Of a stretch of 64,000 bases of DNA, positions 30,584 to 46,318 are shown one piece after another. Origin of the DNA: the human T2T-CHM13v2.0 reference genome, Homo sapiens. The DNA is taken from assembly GCF_009914755.1 (NCBI RefSeq), contig NC_060930.1; one strand, 5' to 3'. Within the stretch, counting starts at the first letter, position 1. Each line of letters starts with the position of its first letter. The notes beneath the pieces were generated by a model. It was given only the letters and a program-made list of their open reading frames with translations, was not told the DNA's origin and searched no databases. The translations under genes were made by a program, and so were the position numbers.

Positions 30584-30759
30584 CTACTGTTGCAAGCAAA
30601 ACAAGATGAACTATACTATTATCTAATAGTTACCACTTTTCTACTTTAATATTTTAGTATTTTCTACTTTTAATATCTGACAAAAAGTTTACCAAATTAA
30701 CAGAATTACCCAGTAAAGCAACAATGGTCCAGGGGCCATCATACTGGGGGATATTTAAT

Positions 30760-30932
30760 CCCAATCTTGGTTGCTCATTAGAATCATGTGGGGAGATTTG
30801 GATGCTACTGATGTGAACGTCTTACTCTTGAGATTCTAATTTCTATGGTTGTAAGCTTCTGGATCAGGATTTTAAAAGCATCACAGGCGACGCCAGGTGA
30901 TTTCAATGTGCAAGCCAGTGGGAGAACCACTG
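30760..30932. mobile_element. MER5-type hAT MITE about 200 bp upstream (gene sense) of the exon acceptor
   Basis: cattagaatcatgtgggg...ccaggtgatttcaatgtgca...gagaaccactg. Confidence 0.65.
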
Positions 30933-31149
30933 TTGTTGGAGGATAAGACCCGGACTGAGAACCAGGAGATCTGGTCTATCCTACCTTCAGCACTATTATT
31001 TACTAGAGCACAGAGAAAGAAGTTTGAAAAAGACATTATCACAGGTCTGTGTGTCTCCTCAGCCCTTGCAGCTTTAACTTTCTCTGATGTTAAGTGTAAG
31101 TGATATAAAAAATACTAAGTTAAATTAGGTACAGAGTCTGCCCAGAGTT

Positions 31150-31830
31150 TACTAGGGAAGATAATTATATGCACATAAATATCTAGAACACAGATATAAT
31201 GAGAGCTGGAGATAAAATACTAGGTGAGTTCAGTGAGACTGTATGCTGGAGATGGCATTTAGATGAGAACTGTACGCAGCATTGAACTGGGGCCGATAAT
31301 ACCACAGACCGGAGTGAAGATTGAAAAGTAAAGAGGGAATCCCTGAGGGATCAGCCTCCTCCCGACAGAAGGCGGCAAGTGGGGCCCTACAGAATAAACA
31401 GGGAATGGGGCAGCCTCCCTGACAAAAAGGGTATACTGGTAAATGAGGTCAGGCATCCACAGCTCAGGCCAAAACATGGAGGGCCACAAATGCGAGGCTA
31501 AAACTTTCATTCTGGTTAGAATGGAAAAATAATGAAAGTCTAGTGTGCAGAACTGTGTTTTAGGAAGATTAATTAGATGAGGCCCATCCTCAGTTTTAGG
31601 TCCAAAGAAAAGCTCTAGCTTATTTACTGAAGAAAGGCCTGCTATAGTTGTGGCACCAAGCAGGTACCTGTTCCCCTCTCCTTTAAGCCGTATGACTGAG
31701 CATGGTGGACTGGAAGCGTACCATTTCCTCCTCAAACAAGGAAGAAGTGAGAGAGGCTGGAGGAGCCCTGAAGAGCATGGAAAATGGAGGCAAAGTTCTC
31801 TGTCCGCCACTGGGGAAGCATTCACTAAAG
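31150..31830 (-). mobile_element. Degenerate L2 relic
   Basis: ttagatgagaactg, gagggccacaaatgc and actttcattc motifs. Confidence 0.4.
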
Positions 31831-32514
31831 CAATCGACAAAGAAGTCACGTGTGGCTTCTCCAGAGGGAAGGGCTTCAGTGTCTAACTCCTGCTCTAAGT
31901 CCTGAGCCTCTCCACTGAGACATCCAGGCACTTGGGCTCCCAGACTGAAGGTAATCCAGTAATACCAATGTTGAGGCTACTTCCCAAGCCCTATCTTTTG
32001 GAATCTTAAAAAAAAATTTTTTTTAAATTTAAAATTTTCCTCATGCATACCACAGATCTTTTGGAATCTAACTCTCATTTAGTAGTGGAAGTCAATAAAG
32101 AAATGACTTTGGTTGACAGTCAATTTAGATAAATTGACATTCCTTGTATACAAATAAGGAAATACATTTGTAGTATATAGAAAATGCTAAAAAACAGAGG
32201 TGCCATTTTCTCCACAAATTATTGTAACTCTTGTCAAAGGGGACAATTCCCTGTATCAATAACTTGTAGTGTATGGAGAGGAGAAAAAAAAGTAGAGCAA
32301 AGGGTATATTCTTCTTTCCCTTTCTCTGCCTTACCCCAGAGAAATTTCATGTTGTCTTCTGCTACAAGGATTTATCCAATCACTGCCCAGCCATCTGTTG
32401 ACTTTCTGGTTTCTACCCAACTTGTAAAAACTGTTAATTAACTCCTTTTCAAGAAACTTACATAAGATCGAAGTCAAACCACGTAATTAAAACACCAAGT
32501 TGGATATAACCATA

Positions 32515-32740
32515 TGGCACAGTTGAGGGCTTTGAAGCACAATGCCTGTGCTTGAATCTCAGCTCAGCTTCTCCAAACTGGGCAATCTTGTACAACTTGC
32601 CTAATTTCTCTGTCCTAACCTTCCTCATCTGTACAATGGAGATAACAACAGCATTTACTTTTTTAAAGGCTGTGGAAAGAAATAATAAGTTATTATATTT
32701 AAAGACTTTAAGACACGTAGTAAACACTAACAGGTAGTTG
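32515..32740 (+). mobile_element. MIR
   Basis: ttcctcatctgtacaatggagataacaacagcattt. Confidence 0.8.
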
Positions 32741-32847
32741 TAGTTTTTATGGTGATAATGATAATGGTATTTCCTCAAGAAGGTGGCTTTTATCCAACTG
32801 TTGTTTTGGTGCCTTCTACTTATTCAGACTCCTCTCTCTTGTTCTCT

Positions 32848-32850
<3 letters not shown>

Positions 32851-32887
<37 letters not shown>

Positions 32888-32888
32888 C
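32851..32888. repeat. (TG)n microsatellite
   Basis: About 16 TG units after (CT)n. Confidence 0.95.
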
Positions 32889-32959
32889 AGTTACTCCCCA
32901 CCTGCCTCTTCCCCGACATACACACTTTTAATCATGTGTGTGCATTCTCAAGAGCTAAG

Positions 32960-34380
32960 GCTTCAGTTCTCACCACCTATTTGCATTCTCAAATTCAACC
33001 TTCTATTTTAGCTCTAGTTCAGTACTTCTACCTGTGTACACACATCACAAAATGGGTGTCTTGTTATTTTCTGAAACTTAACATGTCCAACATGGAATTA
33101 ATCATTTAATATTCTGGGCAAACTTCCCCAGCTCTATCACTGACATTATTTTCTGGTCAGTCCCTTGGACTCAAGTGAACAGGCATTTTGATTTTTGATT
33201 TACCGCCTCCATCAGTCACTAAGTATCACTGTTAACTCATTTGAAATGTCTTGTATGCAGTTCATTCTCTGATAGGAGCATAGGCCATGTTCTCATTGCC
33301 AGGTACTATGAAATGCACGATTTAAAAAAAAGAAGGTCCTCCTATTTAGCCTGCTTGTTTCCTTATTTCCATTAATAATTTTTCCTCATTTCCATTAATC
33401 TGTATTTACGTTACCAACTTTCTACCACACAATTTTCTTGTTCAAGAAATGATAATGACTTCCTGTGTTGTCTAACATCGGGTCAAATCTGCTCTACTAA
33501 CGGTTCAACCACCTCTATGAATCAGACCCTTCAATTATTTTCTGTCCATCTGGCTCTGGCTCCAGCTCCAGCTTTTGAGTCTTCATGGTCTTAAGTTCTC
33601 ATTCATGTTCAGTCCATCTTAGCAACTTTATTTACACATTCTCTCATTTTAAATCACTCTCTTCTGCCTCCTTTTGGCTGATCCAAATTTACCCATTCTT
33701 TAAGGCCAAAGTCAAGTCCAGGCCAAGACTCCAGGTCAAGATCTTTGCCTTCTGTGAACTCCCACACTGATAACTAGTACCATACAATGCAGTCTTTGAT
33801 ACAGATCTCTAAATCAAGATACAGAAGGCAAGAGAGAGATCTCTGAACGTTTTATTGTGTTTTCTCTCATATCCCCCAATAATTTTTCTTCCTAGAAGTA
33901 GAGAAAAAGACCCCAATTTCTCCTTCACTGCCTATTATACAGATCTAACCCAGATTAAGTCATTTTTTATTTAAATTTACTGATATCACCACAGGGCTCC
34001 TATGAGTAGTAGGCAGGAAGATATTAATATTCTCAGTTAACAGACAGGAACAGCGGCCCCTTCCCATATCGGGGTTTTTGCACTTGCAGTTTCCTCTGCC
34101 TGCAATGCTCTTTCCTGAGCCTTCTGTATGCCTTGCTCATTCTTACCTTCAGGAATCTGTGTAAATGTCCCCTCGAGAGGTCTTTTCCTAACCACCCCAC
34201 ACAAAGTTGGCCATCCTTATTTATTATATCACCTTGTTTCTTTTCCATTATTTATCATGTCTTAATTATTTTATTTGCTTGTTTATTGTTTGATAACTCC
34301 ACTAGATACGATCTCAACGAGGGCATGGAAGCAGCTGGCACTCAATAGATGTTCATTTAATAAATAAATGAATCAATTTA
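32960..34380 (+). mobile_element. L2 fragments
   Basis: aaacttaacatgtccaa, tttgcacttgcagtttcctctgcctgcaatgctc and the terminal taaataaatgaat. Confidence 0.6.
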
Positions 34381-34390
34381 AGATTAATGA

Positions 34391-35966
<1,576 letters not shown>

Positions 35967-37779
35967 TAACATACCTGGGGCATTGTAATAAGAAGCCATT
36001 GATATTACATTGTTTGCAAAGTGCTCCATCCCGTTCCACTATTTGCTACTGTCTGAAAATAATTATCTCCAGTATTCTAGAGTCTCAACCTTTGGCACAA
36101 TTACAAAATATTTTTAGATAAAAATATTAATTAGCTCATTGATACTTGAGTCAAATCATACCCGAGACTGAATCAACTTCAATCTCAATGTTTGATTTGT
36201 TATCTCCTCCTGAGCTCTGATGAGGTTACTAGAGGAAGAATCCAGATTCTGAAAGAGAACATCCTTCTACCTAAACTGGTGAGCTTATAATAAAACTAGC
36301 TTGTAAAATTAAAATTGTTGAGAGAATGAAGGAGGCATATCACAAATCATTCTAAAGGGCAATTAAGTTTTAAGTAGCACATATTAGATGATGTGCTGAA
36401 AAGCAAATTTTTACAAAAAGTACACTAAATGGCACTTTAGTGCTACTTCAAATGGGGATAGGCATGATGGAGAGAGCCCCGGACCCAGGTCCTTGGACTG
36501 GCTGTACTACTGTTTCCATGTGAGGCCTGAGCTGGTCAGTTAACTCTTCTGGTTCTCAATTTCCCCAGAAAAAAGAGGGAGAGTAAGGCTGATCATTTCT
36601 GTTTTTGATTTATCACTGGAAAAATAAGTACTCAGAAGCTACAAAACTAGTACTAAAATGTGACTGGGAAAAAAGCAAGACAAATATCATCTTTTGAAGA
36701 TAGGAAATGTTAATTTGCCAACCAATTGTTCACCAATCTTGGTTTCTGGTGTTTGTTGGTACCTCTATTTGGTGGGGAGGATTTTATAAAGTTAAGAGAG
36801 TCAGGTGAAAAATTACAGTTCATAAAATGTAATCCTTGCTAATAGAAGATATTTTTAAATGTCCACTAAAAGAAAATATGGTTTTTGTACAACTAGCAAT
36901 TAGTTTGGGATGGGCAGACATCTAATGATCCAACAAGAATTTTCTAAAAGATTTTGCATTCTAAGGATTCTGATTACATTCATAACAAAAGTCAAAACAA
37001 TGTAACTTGCTGAAAGAAGGGTGGTAAAATACGATGCAACAGTTCTTTCGAGCATGTAACTAACAAATAACTTTAAATAAAAACTTTTATAGCCTAAAGT
37101 TAAGAATTTCAAAATAACTACATGAAAACTGTATCTTTTCTTTACACGTAAGTAACATCATCAGTCTTATTGCTGTTTTTGATCAACGTTTTAAAAACTT
37201 CAAAATTTAAAATCTATCAAATAAACACATTTATCTTTTTACTTTACCCTGACAGATAGTATCAGACAAGGCTGTAAACAAGACATATGGTTTTCTTTGC
37301 CTTCCTAGTTTGCAGTTCCCTAAAGAACTATGTAGGAATATATACATGCCAGAGCAAAGAATAAGGAAAAAAGAAATGAATAAGAACAGATGGCTTTGGA
37401 AGGAAATATTTTCAGTTCAGACATGCTTCAGTTTGAAATACACAATCAATATCAAAGCTTTTCTTCAAATGCTCATGTTGAAAACTTCACCATTAAAAGA
37501 TCAAACACTAGTTCACCATTTGTACAAGTACAGTTTACCTATTACTCATTTTCACTACATAAAGCTTTCAGCACAAGATGCCATAGACACAACAAATATC
37601 TTTGGCTGCAAATAACTAAACCCATATACTGTTAGTTGAGTTGATAAACTTGCACATAATATGGGCCAAAATCAATCACTAAACCAGTAAGTACTTATTA
37701 AGCTATTCTGGCTTTTTAGAGTAGACCCTTGAAAGATTTAAATATCAGAATAAAGGTATGTAAAAATAACTAATCCAGC

Positions 37780-37865
37780 AGAAACTTAGAGCTGGAAGGG
37801 ACATCAAAGGTCATCTAGTTCCATAATCTGATACACAGATGAGGAAACTGAAGTTCAGAGAGGGC
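37780..37865 (-). mobile_element. MIR3/MIR fragment
   Basis: ttagagctggaagggac...acagatgaggaaactgaag. Confidence 0.65.
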
Positions 37866-38849
37866 CTATTCTCCTAGTTAAATGCTCTGATGTGGGATGG
37901 TTTACTGCCAGCTACACCCAAGTGAATACCAGCTTCCTGTCATCTCAGAGACGGGTGATCCTTTTGATCCAGAGGGACTCTCCCCTGTGGGCACACATCT
38001 TTCTTTCACCGTCTCTTTCTTTCTTCTCATTCTGTTTCTGTAATTGATCAAAACCTAAAACCGAAGTTTTAAATTAAAAAAAATTATGTGTTGTATTTGT
38101 CAAATTTCATTACAAACTTCATTTTTTAAAAAAAATATATTTAATTAGATGACTGCTTTTGTCAATTACTTTGTTTTTCTCCCCTGTGATTCAATACAAT
38201 TCAATTTTTAGCCTTCAGGCAATTAGATGAGAAGAGTGTTGCTTATTTTCCTGAAATATTAAAGCACAGAGATCTTCCCAACTTGTTTTTTTTCAAAATA
38301 AAAAGGCTACACATGCTATCCTGCCAATAACCATCAATTATAACCAAGAAGAATCAAGGTAGCTGTCCTTTAGTCTTGAGTTTACTAATATATAAAAGCA
38401 TAAAATTTAAACAAAGGAAAACACTTCCAATTGTAAGCATAGTTTAAAAATCTAAATGTAGAATGTTCTAGTGAATAGGCACTTTAGATTTATCTAGCTT
38501 TTTAAAGATATTTATTCTCATGAAAAAATAAGAGGTAGTGAAGAGAAGTGGCTTTTATGCTATCTCCTAGTCAAAATGAGTAAATGTTGATAAATGAATG
38601 AATAAAATTGTATCTCATTTTTTTTTTTTTTTTTCATGAGAGAGGACTCTCATTCATTCCCTAGTTCCTGAATAGAGAGGGTTTTATAAAGTTAAGGAGG
38701 CAAGATGAAAAATGGGGAATGCTGGGAAGAACTTCAGGCTGTTGTTCAGGGCATGGATATCACCACTGTCCACGTGAGCAGCAGTAAATGCCATGTTCTC
38801 GTGGCAGTGTTTCCCTGAGCATCAGCGTGGTCAAGGCTGCCTGGGAACA

Positions 38850-38970
38850 GGCACACTGAACTAAGAGTCAGGAGCCCTAGGTTCTGGTTCAGGGCTTGCT
38901 ACTCACCAGTTATGTCATAAAGAAAATGGGTCACTTCACTGTTCCAATTTTCTCTTTTGTAAAATGGGAA
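38850..38970 (+). mobile_element. MIR
   Basis: gagtcaggagccctagggttctgg...tgtaaaatggg. Confidence 0.65.
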
Positions 38971-40498
38971 CACTCGATAAGACACTTCCTGAGGAACGTT
39001 TCTGCTCCACAGGACAGGCTTATTTTAAGACTTAATAAGCATTTACTACATATTTACCAACGTGGTAAGGGCTATACGAGAGATACATGAGAAAAAATTA
39101 AATCCCTGATCTCAAGAAGCTTACAACCAGGAAGGTAAGTCAGCCATATAAAACCATATAAGCATAAGATATACAACACAAAACAATACAAACCATAGGT
39201 AGAGAATAAATTAAGTGATACATGCTGTAACTGTGGGAATTTTTTTTAAAAAGTGAGTTAGGTCTAGGGGGAGAGGTAAGGTTGAAGACGTGACACTTAT
39301 ATAGATGCAGGTATGTACTTATTTGGGAGAAGGTATGTACATGTTTGTGTATGTGCTCTGGATTAATGTGGAGGAAGACAAGAGATAAAGCAAAAGGGAA
39401 GAGGAAGTGCTTTTCATGATAGCGAGCAGGTGGAGAGCTAGATTACTAGGGTCTAGAAAATGGTGAGAGAGAGACAGATTAAATAAGATAAGCTCATGGC
39501 CTTAAATACCAGGAAGAGAAGTTTAAAAGATGGTTAAAAGAGCACATCAGATGTCTTAAGGAAGTCCTAACACTACTTTAGTGCCTCCCATTTATGGTAA
39601 GTGGAGAGATTTCTGGGTCATCAAGGTTATGAGAAATAGGGCAGGAAGAAAGGCAGTAGCTCTCATTGGTTATGGGACTTTTCTGAGTGTAAGAGGCAAA
39701 CATATATGAACGACAACATCAAAAAAAATACTGTATTGGCTACCTGATAGAAGGAAAATAAATCTTAAGAAATAATTAGGGTCCTTTAAAAAAATTTTCC
39801 TCAAGAAGAAAGTATATGCTTTTGTACACATAAATAAGTAGCGGGCTGGGAGCAAGGAAATAGTATGATAAAAGTTACATGTCCTTCTAATATGCATTCA
39901 ATATGGAAGTTAAAAAAGGGAGAGGAAACCCAATGGCTATACAGCTCTAGTGCTTCAAACTATTCTTAAGTGTACCACATGTGTTATTGTAGGCTTTCTA
40001 ATTACTAAAATACCTGCCCAAGAATGATAAATAATAATAAATTACAGCAAGAACACCACAGTAATCCAAGTCATTATACAGTGCCTAAAGCTACTCATTC
40101 TATCTCAATTTTAGGTTTAAAAAATGGGCAAATCGCCAACATGACATTTAGAAAAATATGCAGTATATAGTGAATAATGTTTACACTAAATATGACAAAT
40201 AATTTCTGAAAATACATTTCACATCAAAAGGAAGACATATTTTAAAAAATATAATGCCTACTAAAGAGATGGGAATTATGAAAGCACACATACTCTATCT
40301 GGCTATGATTTCTAACTGAATTTATGGACTCCACTACATAGATGTTAATATGTGACATCATAGGGTTAAAATTGGGGATGTTCTATTTACTACTGCTTTC
40401 AGACATCAGAAATCATTAAAATATACAAAATCCAGGATTGGTGATCTTTGTTCAAGAAAAAGACAAAAGAAAAAATGATAGCCTCATCTGTGCATATA

Positions 40499-40831
40499 CA
40501 GTTGGACCTTTGTATCTGTGGGTTCCACATCTGTGGTATCAACCAGTTGCAGATCAAAAATATTTGGAAAAAAATGTATGGTTGCATCTGTACTGAACAC
40601 GTATAGACTTGTCATTATTCCTAAACTACACAGTATAACAACTATTTACACAGCAATGACATTATATTAGGTATTATAAGTAATCTAGAGATGATTTAAA
40701 GAATACAGGAGGATGTATTCATGTTATATGCAAATACTGTACCATTTTATATAAGGTACTTGAGCATCTGTGGATTTTGGTATCCTCAGGGGGTCCTGAA
40801 ACCTACCCCCACAGATACCTAGGCATGACTG
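40499..40831 (+). mobile_element. MER2
   Basis: ta|cagttggacctttgtatctgtgggttccacatc...taagtaatctagagatgattt...gatacc...gactg. Confidence 0.9.
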
Positions 40832-42289
40832 CATATCATAATTCCCTGACATATTTTAGTTATGAAGCATTCTACACTAGTGAATTTTTTTCCTGTTAAC
40901 TGAACCTCATCTCTGAAGAGCATCAAAATATTTATAGTTTAATAATTTATATAAGTTTTAAAGACACGTTTATCTTTTTTTTATGATTCGGTGAAATGTA
41001 GAATGATCCTGCCTTTACTCAGCATCACCATCATATGCATACAGAGCTGGGACTAGGTGATGGAGTTTTCCATTATCACTTGAACAGTCTGTACGATCTT
41101 GAACGCTCACTTAACCTCCTTTCTGTGCCTCAGTTTCTAAATAAGTGAATAGAGAATAATCTTCCCAAATCACAAGATGGTTATAATTAAAGGAACAAGT
41201 GTTTTTTAAAAGAGCAACAATAGTTATTATTCTTGGCTATAAGATAGTGGTTTCCTCAGGAATAATAGAAGGATACTAGGCCTTTTGTCCACACACTAAA
41301 TGGTCCAAAAGCTGCTGAGCTTTCATGTCTGCTTTCTATAGTCCTACTGCTTCTTTGAGTTACTAGCTATCAGTTCATTACAATGAGACTTCTCACTGTT
41401 GTATTCATTCTCCTTCTGAGTTGCTGACTCATTTTGTAAACAGTTACCTGCACAAGGATCTGATAAGTCAAATGTCCTTCCTCTATCTTACGGTGAAGGG
41501 CACAAGCTTCAGGACATGGTCCCTTTTTGTGTCACATGCCTGAATTTGAACAATTAAACTCTATAGGTATGAAAGAGCAATTAATTACCATATTATGTAG
41601 TAGTAATAGTTTGCAAATTTACAAAGTCAACTGAATACCTATGTATACAGGTTTTGTTTCTTTTAAAAAATGTAAAATGTAAGCTACTCATTTTTTCATT
41701 CTATTTAAGCAAATGTAAACCTATCCAGTACACACCTAATACCATTAGGCAGGTGGTTTGTTATTTCTGCATAATCCTCCTTTATCATATATTATACACT
41801 GATACCTTTAAATTGCCTTTGGGTACAGAGTATATAGTTTTATTTCAGCTGACAGATGAACATTTTAAATTATCAAATGGTGACACTGCTGGACAGAAAA
41901 TTTGGCATCAATGCAATTTTTGTCTTATGTTTGTGTCCCTCCAGGCAAGTTAATTAAACTCTTAGTCTCAGTTTCCTCATCTACAAAATGGAAAAACATA
42001 TTTGTACACCTTGAAACTTAGAGAAGTTCTCTTTTTCCCCATGCCAATATTAAATTTTTATTTTCTTAAACAATGAATACATTCTCATTATTGAAAAATC
42101 ACAAAATTAGACATAAAATATAGAATCTTATTAATCTTGTCTACCCAGAAATAACTATTAACATCTTAAGTGTCTAAATGGTATTGATTGCATTTTTTTA
42201 AAAAAAGATATTGTTCTATATATACTATTTCATAATGTTTTAAACCCATCCCTACCAATTTAATCTACATTGTATACAACATTCTATAT

Positions 42290-42476
42290 CAGGGGTCAGC
42301 AAACATTTTCTATAGAGGGTTAGATAGTAAATATTTTAAGCTTTACTAGTCACATACTCTGTCTCACGTTTATTTTTAATAATCCTTTAAAATTTAACAA
42401 CCCACTCACAGCTCTGGTAGTATAAAAACAGGTCTTGAGCCAATTTGGCCAAAGGGCTGTAGTTTGCTGACCCTTG
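42290..42476 (+). mobile_element. MER58
   Basis: TIRs caggggtcagcaaac / gtttgctgacccttg. Confidence 0.85.
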
Positions 42477-43145
42477 TTTCCTATCACTGGATACATTTCT
42501 GTAACATCTTTTTAAAAATAGCTGTATCATACACTAGTTCTGGTATAATAAGGATACACCAGAACTTATTTAGCCAGTCTTCTATTAGTCAATATTTAGG
42601 TTTCCCTTGTTTTGATATTACAAACAGCTTAGAATGAACATCCCTGTACATACTTATTTGTATATATAACTATTTCCTCAGGTTAAATGTTTGAAAGTGC
42701 AATTTCTGGTCAGCATTCATTCAATTCATTCACTCACTCACTAACTATAGCTGTAGGGTCAAAGTAGCCATAGACAAAATGTGAATGAATGGGCTTGGCT
42801 ATACTTTGCTAATCCCTGAATTTTGCTAATTTACTTGAAAGCATCTTTATCTTTTTTTCATTTAGAGGCTTTAACATATTTTCATATATCCCATTTCATG
42901 ACAACACTGCATCTGTTTTTAATAGATCAGTGTTATATTCTTACAGTACTATAAACAACTCAATGAAACAATGCCCTGCCTTAATAACGATCATCATCAG
43001 AACATCAAAATGTCACATAACTCAGTATCTTTTTTATTAGAAGAGTTTTGAAAATATCAGACTGAAATAGTTTGGCAGGCAAATGCCTCTTTAGAATACA
43101 AACACAAATAATAACAAGAAACATAATTTATGTTGTCCATTGTAG

Positions 43146-43492
<347 letters not shown>

Positions 43493-44186
43493 TATTGCTT
43501 TTTAAAGCTATTGCACACACGCACATATTTCAACATAGTTGAAACTTTCTAAATTACAAACTTTCAAAAAGGAATTGCTTGCATAATTGACCTTTTAAAA
43601 ATGTTAATCCATTTATTCAACAAATATTTATTTAGTGCCTATGTACTTAGGCACCAAGTTGCACAAACACTTGGGATACGTAAGTAAACATGACAGCTGT
43701 GGTCAATGACTCATAATAACACTTGTTTTTGAAGTGTAACACTGGAAAAATGTGATACATAGGAAAAGGATCAAGTAATAACTTCCACTCCTCTTCAAAA
43801 AGAAAATGAAGACAAATACTATGAATACTCCACAAGGTAATCAGATAAATCCTCACCATCAACCTTACCACATACAATTGGCAAATTTAGAAAGAGAATA
43901 GCACAAAACTGTAAAGAAAGTTCATGGAAGTGTTTTTGAAGATCTTAAACTCAGTTTTAGATAAAACTGACTTTACCCAATATGATTTATGTACATTACA
44001 TGTATATGTTTTCTTCTGAGACTGGCCAACATCCTGAAGGTTATTGTTCAGACAAGAATCATCCTAAGTAGTGAAGTAACTGATCTATTAGATTTGTTGA
44101 AAAGGACTAGTTCTAAAAGAAAGAGTGAGATAGCAGCATGTGTGTTTAAAAAAGATCCAAAGCTCTAAGTGGAAAAAACATAGGCG

Positions 44187-44271
44187 GGCAAGGGTTAAAA
44201 GGGAAATAACAGAAGTGATGGTGGATGGCAAGGCAAGGGTAAAAGGGAGTAACAGAAGTGATGGCAGATGG
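44187..44271. repeat. Imperfect ~45-bp tandem duplication
   Basis: ggcaagggt(t)aaaaggga.taacagaagtgatgg..gatgg twice. Confidence 0.85.
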
Positions 44272-44654
44272 GTGGCAGTGCAGAGTCCCGTCCTGGGGCC
44301 AGGCACCAAACACCGGCTGTCTATAAAACCCACAGAATCAAGGTGCAAAAGAAATGGAGTCAAGCTGTTTCAGCACTAAACAAATACAGCAACACACTGT
44401 TTAAAAACTTAATGTCAATACTGAACATTTCATTTGCTATAAAATAGAGTAAAAGTGAGGTACTGTTACTCTGGCCCTAATTTTAGTCACTCCAAACCAG
44501 TACCATTGAGGGCAAATGGCTGATAACCATGGGAAAAAGAAACTATCTTATTTTAGGCAGTGATAATAAAAACAAATAAACAATTCTGGTAAAGGTCAAC
44601 ATGGATCTTTAAGGAAATAAGATTTCAAAAGCCTGTTTAAAAAACTTCATTATA

Positions 44655-45885
44655 TGGCTATTATAAAAAGTAAAAAAAAAAATAAATAAATAACAGAAGC
44701 TGGTGGGGTTGTGGAGAAAAAGGAATACTTACTCACTGCTGGTGGGAATGTAAATTTAGTTCAGCCATTGTGGAAAGTAGTTTGGTGATTTCTCAAAGAA
44801 TTTAAAACAGAATTACCACTCAACCCAGAAATCCCAGTATTGGGTATATACCCAAAGGAATATAAATTGTTCTACCATAAGGACACATGCATGTATCTAT
44901 TGTGCACTGTTCATAATAGCAAAGATACAGAATCAACCTAAATGCTCATCAGCAGTAGACTAGATAAAGAAAAGGTGGTACATAAACCATGGAATACTAC
45001 ACAGCCATAAAAAATGAGACCATGTCTGTGAAGGTTAATACTAAGTGTCAACTTGATTGGACTGAGGGATACAAAGTATAAATCCTGGGTGTGTCTGTGT
45101 GGGTGTTGCCAAAAGAGATTAACATTTGAATCAGTGGGCTGGGGAAGGCAGATTCACCCTTACTCTGATGGGCACAATCTAATCAGCTTCCAGTGAATAT
45201 AAAGTAGGCAGAAAAACGTGAAAAGGAGAGATGGGCTTAGCCTCCCAGCCTACATCTTTTTCCCGTGCTGGATGCTTCCTGCCCTCAAACATCAGACTTC
45301 AAGTTCTTCAGTTTGGGGACTTGGACTGGTTCTCCTTGCTCCTTATCTTGCAGACAGCCTATTGTGGGACCTTGTGATCGTGTAAGTTTTATATGTAAAA
45401 GGGGAGTTTATTAAGTATTAAGTTAATACTTATAGTTTATTAAATATTAACTTAATAATTATATTTTATTAAGTATTAATTTAATACTTACAGGATATAT
45501 GTAGATCTACAGATATATAGTTCTGTCCCTCTAAGAGCGCCCTAACTAATACAATGTCCTTGCATCAACATGAATAAAGCTGGAGGCCATTATCCTAAGC
45601 AAACTAACACAGGAATAGAAAACCAAACACCGCATGTTCTCACTTGTAAGTGGGAGCTAAACATTGAGTACATATGGACACAAAGAAAGGAACCACAGAC
45701 ACCGGGGCCTTCTTGAGAGTGGTGGGTGTAAGAAGGGTGAGGACTGAAAAGTTACCTATTGGGTACTATGCTTATTACTTGTGTGAAAAAATAATCTGTT
45801 TACCTAACTTCCATGACACGCCATGTACCTACCTATATACCAAACCTGCACATGTATCTCTGAACCTAAAGTAAAAGTTAAAAAT
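44655..45885 (+). mobile_element. L1PA15/16-like 3' end, interrupted by MLT2A
   Basis: cccaaaggaatataaattgttctaccataa...acctattgggtactatgcttattac...gaacctaaagtaaaagtt. Confidence 0.88.
45027..45553 (+). mobile_element. MLT2A (ERVL) solo LTR
   Basis: TG...CA termini (tgtgaaggttaatact...actaataca) and a perfect 5-bp TSD ATGTC. Confidence 0.92.
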
Positions 45886-46318
45886 AAAGGTAACTCAATT
45901 ATGCAGCCAGGGAGATTAAGCAAAATATAATACAGGAAAAAACAACAACAAACAAAATACAAAAAAAAGAATCTTTATTATATATTAATGATAGAAATTT
46001 GTGTCATACATTCTTCAGGGATTTTAAGAGGGCTCTTCTACCTGTTTTATTTAACAAGAGTTTTCCCAAATATAAATGAAACCTCGAATAGTTTAACACT
46101 CCATTTGATAAATACAACATTTGTAAGACTTCAAGAAGAAGCTTTACTATGATCTCCTATAGAAGAAATGTTTCCTTCAGTTCTTGACCCAGTAAATTAG
46201 AACATGCTTTCCTAAAGAGTGGTGACAGCCAAATCATGAGGTCTATTTTTTGTTTTTAGCTAACTTTTTAAAAAAGAATTCTGCTCATTGTAGAGAGAAT
46301 GGTTTCATGGTAATAGGT

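Noticed and set aside
31259-31849. 196-aa minus-strand ORF, the longest in the track, near the real exon
   Set aside because: No recognisable domain or MAN1A1 similarity; it overlaps degenerate L2-like sequence.
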